A stretch of DNA of 21,299 bases from an uncultured cyanobacterium (GTDB lineage: Bacteria; Cyanobacteriota; Cyanobacteriia; Leptolyngbyales; Leptolyngbyaceae). Below are positions 1 through 8,631 of this stretch, one piece after another (positions within the stretch are counted from its first letter, which is position 1; the number at the start of each line of letters is the position of its first letter). Position numbers and translations under genes: made by a program. Location: the NCBI GenBank assembly GCA_963766075.1, contig CAVYAN010000050.1:1-21299 (forward strand), in the 5' to 3' direction. Below the pieces are notes generated by a model that saw nothing but the letters and a program-made list of their open reading frames with translations, ran no database searches and had not been told where the DNA came from.

Positions 1-976
1 GCGTTAATCGCCGAGGCAGAACGCGACCCCGAGGCACGGTGAACCAGCGTTTTATCGATGGGGCGCGGGGGGTGCTCAGGGTTTCTAGTGCTGCGAGGAC
101 GGCGGACGCACTGGGGTAGCGATCGCGATCAGACAGTCGTACCATACCGTCTAGGATAGCCACTAGGCGCGCATCCAGAGCGGCAACAGCGGGATGATCG
201 TGCCAATCCAACTCTCCCGAAATTGGATCCGGTTGAAATTGTGCGGGATCCACCCCCGTCACCAAGTGAATAACCAGCATGCCCAGGGCGAAGAGGTCAC
301 TGTTTAACTGCGACTGGCCCATCGCCTGTTCGGGTGGCATATACCCTGGTGTGCCAATGGCATGGGAGGGCAGAGCCGCCTTGGATTGAGTTCCAGATGC
401 CTCCCCAGATGCCTCCCCAGATGCCTCTACTGTCTCTCGGTCTTCTGATTCTGATCGCTGGAGCACTCCTTCCGGGGAAAGTAATTGGGCTGCCCCAAAA
501 TCAATCAGGACGATTTTGCCATCGGCATGGCGGTGGATCAGATTACTGGGCTTGATGTCTTGATGGATAATCCGGTGGGAATGCAGGTTATCCAGAATGG
601 GTAAGACCTCGGCTAGCAGGGCGATCGCTCCTGCCGTTGCTAACCGTTTTCCTTGGATAATCCAGGTTTCCAGATTAGTGCCCGCCACATATTCCTGCAC
701 CAAATAAACTTGATCAGGGTCATGGCAGTAGGCCAACAGTGTGGGAATCTGTTCATGATTCTGGCCTAATTTTTCTAGGATGCGGGCTTCTGTGGCAAAG
801 AACTGCTCGATCGCAGCCCGAGAAATGGAATTTTCTGCGGGCATTTTGAGTTGCTTCACCACACAGAGCGGATAGTCGGGGCGGTACTTATCCCGGGCGA
901 GGTACGTTTCACTGAACCCGCCCGTGCCCAACTGTTCCAGGATGAGATAGCGCTCTACTAATAATTGTCCAATCAT
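1..976 (-). CDS. Hanks-type serine/threonine protein kinase (partial, C-terminus runs off the window start)
   Basis: Not in the ORF track because it has no stop in the window. Manual translation from ATG 976 gives MIGQLLVERYLILEQLGTGGFSETYLA..CVVKQLK..HQDIKPSN..LIDFGAA..IGTPGYMPPEQ..SDLFALG, open to base 1. Confidence 0.93.
   Translation of the reverse strand, partial: MIGQLLVERYLILEQLGTGGFSETYLARDKYRPDYPLCVVKQLKMPAENSISRAAIEQFFATEARILEKLGQNHEQIPTLLAYCHDPDQVYLVQEYVAGTNLETWIIQGKRLATAGAIALLAEVLPILDNLHSHRIIHQDIKPSNLIHRHADGKIVLIDFGAAQLLSPEGVLQRSESEDRETVEASGEASGEASGTQSKAALPSHAIGTPGYMPPEQAMGQSQLNSDLFALGMLVIHLVTGVDPAQFQPDPISGELDWHDHPAVAALDARLVAILDGMVRLSDRDRYPSASAVLAALETLSTPRAPSIKRWFTVPRGRVLPRRLT
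393..427. repeat. 12-bp in-frame tandem repeat (CCAGATGCCTCC x ~3) encoding EASG-EASG-EASG in the kinase activation segment
   Basis: Units at 393-404, 405-416 and 417-427. Confidence 0.9.
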
Positions 977-1926
977 GGTCAATAAACCTCAAAGCGTTAA
1001 TGCCAGCACTGGGACCGCGATCGGTTTCAGCAAGTTTGGCAGTGGGTTGCAATAACGCAGATGCACAGGATGATGCAGTCACCTCAGAACGTGAGGCAAC
1101 GCATAGCAGCCAATTTTTCAGGGCTAAAAATGTAAGGCTAAAAATGTTTCTGAGGCTATCTTGTAAGCTGTTTAGAGAAAATCTCGTCAACAGATTAGGA
1201 GCAGCATCAGATCCGAATCATACTGATCGGATTCAAATCAGGAATTTAAAAGCAACAGGAATTGAAAGAAGCCACAATTTAGATCCGTCGTAATCCTCAC
1301 AAATCCGTCGATGCTTATTCCTGCGTTCAGGGATATTGTGCCCTGAACCGTGACTGATCGAATTTGCGAGGGTGAACAGGTAACTATACGTGGTAGATGC
1401 GATGCCAATCTGTGATGCAAACTTGCGTGCAGCCCTGGTGTAACCTGTGAACGATGCCAGAAGGCACCGACAACAAATCACCTGCATTTGTGTGTAGATT
1501 ATAACGAGCGACAGAACGATTGCCCACCCGCTGTGCCAGAAACAGACGCACGATGGCGTTTTTAAGACACTGAAACTCTTAATATACGGACACTTGCCCC
1601 ACTTTTGGGTGCAATGTAAGGTGGAATTAACTGGCACAGACACTGGCACAATGTGTTCTATTGTGCAATGAATAGGTCAGTGCGATCGCGGTGAATGAAT
1701 TTGATGAGTCAGGATCAATGGACGGCTGTGGCTGGAATGCCTCTCGATCTGAGGCAACGATGCACTATCGTCATCTCCGTATATATATCTAATCCGGTGT
1801 GTTCAAGATTCCCGTATGTTGAGGTGATGAATTGATTTGACCGGATGGGTCTATCGAATTGTGGATAATCTTCCAGCTAATATGCCGTACCTTTTGGTTT
1901 GTCGTCCAGCGCAAAGCAATAGTTCC

Positions 1927-1943
1927 GCAATTCCAGGAATTGC
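1927..1943. promoter_or_regulatory. Perfect 17-bp palindrome GCAATTCC-A-GGAATTGC, candidate operator
   Basis: 8-bp inverted repeat with a 1-nt spacer, too tight for an RNA loop. Function is inferred. Confidence 0.3.
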
Positions 1944-2075
1944 TCAAATAGCCGCGTTCAGGCGGCAGAATGTGTGCATGCAGACAACGGTAAAAAGGCC
2001 GAGGGGAACAATCTCTATGGAGAAGATGACTGCGTGGAAGATAATGGCTATTCGGTTGCCCTAGTGAGGGGAGTG

Positions 2076-3522
2076 CTAAGACAGCGCGATCGGCAGACGC
2101 ATGGTAAAGGTGGTGCCTTCGTCGGGCATGGATTGGCAGGTGATTGTGCCCCCCATGCCTTCGACCAGGGTTTTGACAATGGCCAAGCCGAGGCCGTGCC
2201 CCCCCGTGCTGCGGGTCCGGGTGGCATCGACCCGATAAAACCGTTCAAAAATCCGGCTCTGATCCTTGAGGGGAATGCCCGCGCCCATATCGCGCACTTG
2301 CAAGATGGCCATTTGGTCCTGCTGGGTCAGAACTAGGCTGATTTCTTGATCGGGTTCGGAATATTTGACCGCATTGTCAATTAAGTTGATCAGGACTTGC
2401 TTGAGGCGATCGCTGATCGACCAGCGCCATGATTCCGGCCTCAGCTTTGAGCCGAATTTGGCGATGGCTAAACTTTTCGGCCAGATTGACGACATCAGCA
2501 AGCAGGTCAGGCAGGAGCGTACTTTCTACATGGAAATGCATATAGCCATTGTCTGTGCGAGCCAGATCCAGAAGATCTTGCAGGAGACGCACCGTGCGCT
2601 CTGTTTCGGCTGTTGCCGTTTCCAAGGCTTCCCGCTGGTAGTCCGTCAGGTTAGTGCTGCGTCGCAGCAAGCTCTGCAAATAGCCCTGCACAATTGTCAG
2701 GGGTGTCCGCAACTCATGGGAAACGTTACTGACAAATTGCCGCTGTTGCTCCCAGGACTGGGACAGCCGCTCTAGCATTTGATTGAAGGGTTGGGCCAAG
2801 GCCCTCAGTTCGCTGGGGGCGTGGCTGAGTTGCACCTGAGCGCGGTGTAGATCGGCGGCGGAAATTGCGGCGGTCATCCGGCTCATTTCGGCCAAAGGGC
2901 GCAGCGATCGCCGAATCCGGCCAATCATGATCGCCATCATAACGCCGGTTACCCCGAGGCACACCAAGCCCAAATTCCGCACCATGCTGTTCAACTGCTG
3001 CTGCTCATGGGTCACATCCAACGCCATATAGACCACACCCAGGGGAGTACCCCGGACCGCAATATCGCCCTTGGACAAAATCTGATACCGTTCACCAACC
3101 GGATAGACCTGCGGCTTCAGAGGCATTTCTGTCAGGGCCATTAACTGAGTCGTCGCTGGGGAGGGGGTGTCCAGCACCGAGGACTGCCCCAGAATGGTTC
3201 CATCCAAGCCCTTAACCCAAATCACCAAGCCGGGAGTCGTAACGTTGGTAATGGTTTTTTGCAGTCCTGCGCGCACCGGCAGCATCTCACTGTAGAGTTC
3301 CACATCGCGGGGAAACCGGGCGGCAATGTACTCCATATTCTGGGTGCGGCTAGAAATTAAAATCTGTTGCAGGGTCCAAGAGGTCCAGGTCGCCACACTA
3401 CCGAGACCAAGGATAAAAAGTAGCCCAGCTTCCAGGGTTAGGCGCACATGGAGCGATGACCAATCGATAGAACGAGATAATCCCCGCTGGAGGGTTTGCT
3501 TCAGATGTTGAATCCGGTTCAT
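2076..3522 (-). pseudogene. Membrane sensor histidine kinase (TM-sensor-TM-HAMP-HisKA-HATPase; ManS/CopS-like class) split by a +1 frameshift near 2414, possibly a sequencing error
   Basis: ORF 2377..3537 has two TM segments, HAMP and the H-box FVSNVSHELRTPLT. ORF 2076..2501 has the N box DRLKQVLINLIDNAVKY and G boxes DMGAGI, FERFYR, GHGLGLAIV. Deleting T2414 joins them as MALVDRDRLKQVL. Start placed at ATG 3522 (GTG 3528 or TTG 3537 possible). Confidence 0.88.
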
Positions 3523-3671
3523 TCGCACGTCTGTCAATTAACTGAACAGTTGAACAGGGATAAATTTAACAGGAATAAAGAACCGTTATCAGGGGATTTG
3601 GAATTGAACCTTTCTGACCCGCTATTCCCTGCTTGAACGGGGGTAGACGGTGTGTTTATGGCTACTCAACT

Positions 3672-3740
3672 ACTCTAGCAGAACGGCTGATTGGAAGCTG
3701 AAACCGGGCCAATGCCCAGATAAGATTTTGCTGAGAAATT
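3672..3740 (-). promoter_or_regulatory. Candidate promoter of the histidine kinase: extended -10 (TGcTAGAGT) plus 11-bp-phased direct repeats
   Basis: Minus-strand TGCTAGAGT at 3680-3672. Plus-strand GCTGA at 3686, 3697 and 3730, with degenerate GCCAA (3708) and GATAA (3719) in the same 11-bp phase. Confidence 0.4.
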
Positions 3741-3864
3741 GGGCTTTTGTCAGGAATTTTGGACAGTCCGTAACCCGGCAGAAAATCTCCGATCGCTGTC
3801 TTCTCCAGTGCTGTCCTTTGAACACTAACCCAGGATTGAGATCGCCTCTAGTTCAGGTTTTATC

Positions 3865-5349
3865 CTATCCGTGGCCGTTAGATTCCCAAGGTGAGGGCTC
3901 CTCTGGCTGCTGCACCGCGTGAATGGCCCGTCGGCGGTTTTCTAGCACCTGACTAATTTCGCGGGCAAATCGGGGTTGGCGCTCAATCATTTGGTTAACG
4001 ACGGTGGCCGAAAGGCGCATGACTTCTAAGTCTTCGATCGCTGTAATAGACACAGCACTGGGTTCTCCAGAAAAGAGCGTAATCATGCCAAAGAACTCTC
4101 CGGCTTGCAGCGACAGCACCTCCTGATCGTGGCCGTTGACATCGCGCGTGGTCAACAATGCCTTGCCGGAAATAATAATGTAGAGGGCATGGCTCAAATC
4201 CCCTTGACGCATTACTTTTTCTCCCGCTCCAAAATGTTGCAGCACGATATTTTCGGGGGAGCTTTGCAAATCGGGTTCTTGATCGAGGGGCACGAAGGCG
4301 GGAATGGATTGCAGGCTGTCGGCAAAGCGTTTGGAGGTTTGTTTGGCGTGGGTGGTGGGGCCGTGGAAATGATAGAGGGTGCGAATCGGGAAGGGAATCG
4401 TTAAGCCACTACGCTGGGACGCGTACCAAACCCGCGTCATGAAGCGATCGCGAATTTCTTCTAAGTCGCCATAGTCTTGAATGAAAAATTTCACTTCGTA
4501 GGTGACTGAAGAATCATCGTAGGCCAGGGTGAAAATCTGGGGTTCTGGCTGAGTCAGAATCCCCTGGGTGCCCAGGGCCGTGCTTTTCAGCACTTGTTTG
4601 GCCAAGTTCGGTGGATCGTTATAGGAAAAGCCCAGTTGAATCCGCTCGGCATGGAGGGGCAATGGCTGACTAAAATTGCGGATAATTTCGCCGCCAATGA
4701 CTTTGTGGGGAATGACCAACATTTCCCGTTCCAGGGTTTGCAGCCGCACGGCCCGCCAGTTAATGTCAATCACCTGGCCGACAAAGTCCCCCACCCGCAG
4801 CCAATCGCCCACGGAAAACGGACGCTCAAACAGCAGCGCAATGCCGGAGGTGACGCTGCCCAGGGTGTCCTGCAATGCCAGACCAATGACGATGGAACTG
4901 ACCCCTAGGGCAGTGGCTAAGCCCGCTAGATCGGCATTCCACACCGTAGCCAGCACGATCGCCGTCCCCACCAAAATCAGCACCAGTCGCGACAGATCAA
5001 TCAGCAGCTTGGGCACCTTAGATCGCCAGGTATCGGCCTCGGCCTCTTCAAACAGCACCACATTCAGCAGCGAGAGGGACGCATGAATCACACAGACCCA
5101 CAGGAGCGTTTGTACCGTTTTAATCAGTCGACCATCGGCATCCAAGCTTAAGACATGCTGCATGAACAGCAGAAACACCAGCACCGGCACAATCAGATTC
5201 CGGACGAGTCGTAGAGTCGTGGCGAGGGGTTTGCCGCGCCGTTTCAACCAGTGGATGGTTTCACCGAGGACGATGGTGAGGAGGGGAAAGCCGATGACGA
5301 GCGCGATCGCCCAACCCCAGGTACTGCTTTGCCAGAGGGTGCTGTTCAT
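3865..5349 (-). CDS. MscS-family mechanosensitive channel with C-terminal cyclic-nucleotide-binding domain (bCNG-like), 494 aa
   Basis: MscS signature LGVSSIVIGLALQDTLGSVTSGIALLFERPFSVGDWL..G.VIDINWRAV, IPFP at the end of the cage domain, then a CNBD-like region FGAGEKVMRQGD..LYIIISG..GEFFG. Confidence 0.93.
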   Translation of the reverse strand: MNSTLWQSSTWGWAIALVIGFPLLTIVLGETIHWLKRRGKPLATTLRLVRNLIVPVLVFLLFMQHVLSLDADGRLIKTVQTLLWVCVIHASLSLLNVVLFEEAEADTWRSKVPKLLIDLSRLVLILVGTAIVLATVWNADLAGLATALGVSSIVIGLALQDTLGSVTSGIALLFERPFSVGDWLRVGDFVGQVIDINWRAVRLQTLEREMLVIPHKVIGGEIIRNFSQPLPLHAERIQLGFSYNDPPNLAKQVLKSTALGTQGILTQPEPQIFTLAYDDSSVTYEVKFFIQDYGDLEEIRDRFMTRVWYASQRSGLTIPFPIRTLYHFHGPTTHAKQTSKRFADSLQSIPAFVPLDQEPDLQSSPENIVLQHFGAGEKVMRQGDLSHALYIIISGKALLTTRDVNGHDQEVLSLQAGEFFGMITLFSGEPSAVSITAIEDLEVMRLSATVVNQMIERQPRFAREISQVLENRRRAIHAVQQPEEPSPWESNGHG

Positions 5350-5379
5350 AGGGTCTTGTTCCTAGTGCGTGGAGACGGG

Positions 5380-7518
5380 TTAGGGGATGGGGGAACTGGC
5401 TTCGGCGATCACAAACTCGGCGGGTTTTAATTGCCATGCGCTCAGTTTCGCTTTGCTATCCACAACCCCCATGGGTTCCCAGGTGTAGAGATCCTGCAAG
5501 CGCTGGTACACCGTCGCTGATCCCAAAATTGAACCGGGGGGACAGACGGCGCGCAGGGCATTGGCCACGTTAATGGTATCGCCCCAAACATCGTAAATGA
5601 ACTTGTTTCGCCCCACGATGCCCGCGACGACATCCCCCGAGTTAATGCCAATGCGAATGTTGAGGTGAAAGCCGCGTTCATGATTAAAGCGACGAATAAT
5701 CGAGAGGAGATCCATGGCAAAATCAACGGCCCGTTTATCGTGATCCAGATAGGGAATGGAGACGCCACAGACGGCCATGTAGCTATCGCCAATGGTTTTG
5801 ATTTTTTCCATACCATGGCGATCGGCGGCTTCATCAAAGGCAGCGACGAGGTCATTCAAAATCGCGACAATTTCGTAGGCGGTTAGGGAGGCAGACAGCT
5901 TGGAAAATCCAGTCAGGTTGGAGAACAGCACTGCCACATTGGACACATCTTCGGCAATATCCTTTTCTCCCCGCTTCAGCCGCTTGGCGATCGCCGCGGG
6001 AAACACACTCAGCAAGAGTTGTTCATTCTCGCGATTTTTTTCTTCTACCAAATTGGTCTGGGTGCGCAAACTCCGAACCATGGCGTTGAAGGACTGGGCC
6101 AGCTCTCCAAATTCATCGCGGGTTTCCAGAGCGGAAATGGTATCCAATTCACCAGCGGCAACCCTGCGGGCGCTGGCAATCAGTTGATGGATCGGTTTGA
6201 CAAATACATTCGCTAAAGCCATCGCCAGTAGAGTGACCAGCAGAATTAGCAATGTCGCCGAAATCAGAATCTGGCGCTCAAAAGCGTGAATTGGCGCGTA
6301 GGCTTCCGCCAGATCAATTTCGGCGAGGATTACCCAGTCCAGGTCATCAATCCGAATTGGGGCATAGGAACTGAGCACGGGAATGCCCCGATAGTCGTTG
6401 ATAATCTGGGTGCCTTGTTTGCCGGAGAGAGCCGCGTTCACAGCCTCGGTGCGGACGGTTTGTTGCAGGATGGATGTGCCGTACTGATTGATGCGGTTGA
6501 TGGCGGCAGGTGTCATGCCCAGCGATCGCAGCACTTCTGAATATGCCTGCGGGTCTTGAACCAGAAAGCGTGACACCGATCGCATCAACTGATCTCGGCC
6601 CACCAAATAGGTTTCACCGCTCTTGCCCAGGCCATCGCTTTCCCAATTGCGATTGCCCGTCATCACGTTATTAATTTCATCCACCGGCATCTGAAAGGCC
6701 AATACGCCGATAAATTCTGACTGATTAAAAATGGGCGCAGCAATAAAGGCTGCCGGAGCGCCATAGGAGGGCGCATAACCCGCAAAGTCCGCCAACTTGG
6801 CGTAGTCCCGCTCCTTTGCCGCTTGGACAATTTCGTTTAATTGGGCGAGGTTGCTGTTTTTATAAGCCCCAATTTTAAAGTTTGTGGTGAAATCGGTTTC
6901 CTTGAAAACGGTGTAAACCACGGTGCCCTGGGGGTCAATCAGGAACATGTCGTAGTAGCCAAACTTTTGGATGATGTTGCGAAAAATGGGATGGTAGCGG
7001 GCGTGGAGGCGACTGTAGGTACTGCCATCGGCAGCAGCATCCAGCAGTTGTTTTTTACCCAGGGGATTTGGATTGGCGGCGATGTAGTGGTATTGCAGGT
7101 AGCGGGAGGCCGTGGCTTTTGGGGTGTAGGATTCCAGAACGGGGGATCCGGTTTCGGTTTTGGCCAGTTTGGGTAAAAATTCGTCACGATAGTAGATTTT
7201 GATCCGCTGATCAAAGCTGTCCGGAATGGTGGCCCCTTGCAGTTGCTGATAGGCTGCCGTGAATTCTCGCAGGGCTGATACGATCGAGGGGTCTTCGCTG
7301 AGGGTTTGGGTGTGGTTGCGGATGTTTTTGAAGTAGGCTTCGATTTGGTAGGCTTTGGATGCCCGGACGCTGGTGAGCTGACTAAAGACGCGGTCGGTGA
7401 GGTTGGCTTGACCGCTGCGGTAGCCCAAATAGGTGGTAACGAAAATGGACATGCCGCTGACGGCCAATAGCATGACAATTAGCTTGGATTTGATGCTGAG
7501 ATGTTTGAGCGATCGCAT
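5380..7518 (-). CDS. Membrane class III adenylate/guanylate cyclase-domain protein (TM-dCache-like sensor-TM-HAMP-cyclase), ~712 aa, degenerate active site
   Basis: ATG 7518 MRSLKHLSIKSKLIVMLLAV (TM1). Cache-type YYDMFLID..Y.PSYGAPAAFIAAPI. HAMP KPIHQL..RDEFGELAQSFNAM. Cyclase motifs EKIKTIGDSYM, IRIGINSGDVVAGIVG, YDVWGDTINVA. The track extension to 7683 translates an intergenic repeat. Confidence 0.92.
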   Translation of the reverse strand: MRSLKHLSIKSKLIVMLLAVSGMSIFVTTYLGYRSGQANLTDRVFSQLTSVRASKAYQIEAYFKNIRNHTQTLSEDPSIVSALREFTAAYQQLQGATIPDSFDQRIKIYYRDEFLPKLAKTETGSPVLESYTPKATASRYLQYHYIAANPNPLGKKQLLDAAADGSTYSRLHARYHPIFRNIIQKFGYYDMFLIDPQGTVVYTVFKETDFTTNFKIGAYKNSNLAQLNEIVQAAKERDYAKLADFAGYAPSYGAPAAFIAAPIFNQSEFIGVLAFQMPVDEINNVMTGNRNWESDGLGKSGETYLVGRDQLMRSVSRFLVQDPQAYSEVLRSLGMTPAAINRINQYGTSILQQTVRTEAVNAALSGKQGTQIINDYRGIPVLSSYAPIRIDDLDWVILAEIDLAEAYAPIHAFERQILISATLLILLVTLLAMALANVFVKPIHQLIASARRVAAGELDTISALETRDEFGELAQSFNAMVRSLRTQTNLVEEKNRENEQLLLSVFPAAIAKRLKRGEKDIAEDVSNVAVLFSNLTGFSKLSASLTAYEIVAILNDLVAAFDEAADRHGMEKIKTIGDSYMAVCGVSIPYLDHDKRAVDFAMDLLSIIRRFNHERGFHLNIRIGINSGDVVAGIVGRNKFIYDVWGDTINVANALRAVCPPGSILGSATVYQRLQDLYTWEPMGVVDSKAKLSAWQLKPAEFVIAEASSPIP

Positions 7519-7562
7519 ACCGAAATATCTGCCAACCGTGCAGTCAAAGGAGTACTGGTCCG

Positions 7563-7576
7563 GTATCTTAAGATAC
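7563..7576. promoter_or_regulatory. NtcA-type binding site GTA-N8-TAC (perfect palindrome GTATCTTAAGATAC)
   Basis: Exact match to the cyanobacterial NtcA consensus, intergenic, about 45 bp upstream of the cyclase ATG. Confidence 0.6.
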
Positions 7577-7610
7577 TTCCAAGCCTGAAATTGTAGTGAT
7601 TTAAGCAGAT

Positions 7611-7646
7611 TTCCCGTTGGTTTACAGATTCCCGTTGGTTTACAGA
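7611..7646. repeat. Perfect 18-bp tandem duplication TTCCCGTTGGTTTACAGA x2
   Basis: Units at 7611-7628 and 7629-7646. Confidence 0.92.
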
Positions 7647-7690
7647 AGTGATGCGATTTCAACAGCGCAGCGGGATCCGGCACTCATCCG

Positions 7691-8524
7691 CTAGCCCTTC
7701 ACACCGCTTGCGGCTTCCGACGGCACAATATAGCGTTGCATCGCCACAAAAAACAGCACAATCGGCAGAATTGAAATCACGGAGCCGGCTGCAATTAATC
7801 GCCAATCCAGAGAAAAAGTTCCCGCTAGGGCGGCCACCCCCAGGGGCAACGTGTAGTATTCCGGGCGATCCAGGACGATCAGCGGCCAGAGAAAGTCGCT
7901 CCAGGACCCAATGAAGACAAAAATAGCGAGGGTCACCAAGGCCGGACGAATCGAGGGCAGCATCACATACCACCACAGGCCCAGCTCACTGCACCCGTCC
8001 ATGCGGGCCGCTTCTTCTAATTCCTTGGGCACGCCCTGAAAGGCTTGACGCAGCAGAAAAATACCAAAGGCCGAGGCGATCGCTGGAAAAATCACGCCGA
8101 GGTAACTGTTACTCAAGCGCAATTGCACCGTCAGGACATACAGCGGAATCATCACAATCTGAAACGGAATCATAATTGTGGAGACAATTGCTGTAAAAAT
8201 CGCCGTCCGTCCTCGAAAATCCAGCCGAGCCAGGGGATAGGCTGCTAAGGCGCAGAAAGCCAGGTTCAACCCCACTGTTAGCAGGGCAATAATGCCACTG
8301 TTGAATAAGTACCGCCCAAAGGGAAAGGTTTGCCACACCGTCACAAAGTTTTGCAGGGTCGGCTGAGCGGGCCAAAGCTGGGGCGGAAACTGGAAAATAT
8401 CTTCCGTCGGGGACTTTAAGGCGGTGCTGACCAACCAGACGAGGGGCAGCAGCATCACCAGGGCGATCGCACTCAGAAGTGTATACATGCCCACCAATTT
8501 CCAGATGCCAACCCGCTGAGCCAT
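7691..8524 (-). CDS. Carbohydrate ABC transporter permease (MalG/LacG-type), ~277 aa
   Basis: EAA loop ELEEAARMDGCS, AAYPLAR, FIGSWSDFLWPLIV and six hydrophobic segments. Start placed at ATG 8524 (MAQRVG). Confidence 0.93.
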   Translation of the reverse strand: MAQRVGIWKLVGMYTLLSAIALVMLLPLVWLVSTALKSPTEDIFQFPPQLWPAQPTLQNFVTVWQTFPFGRYLFNSGIIALLTVGLNLAFCALAAYPLARLDFRGRTAIFTAIVSTIMIPFQIVMIPLYVLTVQLRLSNSYLGVIFPAIASAFGIFLLRQAFQGVPKELEEAARMDGCSELGLWWYVMLPSIRPALVTLAIFVFIGSWSDFLWPLIVLDRPEYYTLPLGVAALAGTFSLDWRLIAAGSVISILPIVLFFVAMQRYIVPSEAASGVKG

Positions 8525-8559
8525 GATGAATACGTCCAGTAATAAACCCGTTGTCTGCG

Positions 8560-8607
8560 ATCGGTAAAACGAATCGATGAAACAAGATGAAACAAATCGG
8601 TAAAACG
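8560..8607. repeat. Nested short direct repeats ATCGGTAAAACG (8560, 8596) flanking GATGAAACAA x2 (8576, 8586)
   Basis: Read directly in the leader region of the permease gene. Confidence 0.8.
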
Positions 8608-8631
8608 GTCTGTTAAACCTTACCATCGCCC

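Noticed and set aside
334..555. 73-aa plus-strand ORF with QMPP repeats
   Set aside because: Antisense shadow of the kinase; the repeat is the complement of the EASG repeat.
1239..1270. ATTGAAAG resembling a CRISPR repeat end
   Set aside because: Single occurrence, no repeat-spacer periodicity and no cas genes in the window.
1270..1390. Possible c-di-AMP or c-di-GMP riboswitch (ATCCGTC and GGGTGAA fragments)
   Set aside because: The fragments are in the wrong order and on the wrong strand for the kinase leader, and the core consensus is absent.
909..2064. Track ORFs 909..1190, 1000..1293, 1233..1649 and 1837..2064
   Set aside because: No recognisable motifs, atypical composition and mutually overlapping; treated as spurious.
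2076..3522. Assigning the symbol manS
   Set aside because: The resemblance is from memory of the family only and orthology cannot be verified without a search.
7519..7683. 55-aa N-terminal extension of the cyclase (CKPTG repeats)
   Set aside because: It translates the intergenic 18-bp duplication and the NtcA-like site. ATG 7518 sits just before TM1.
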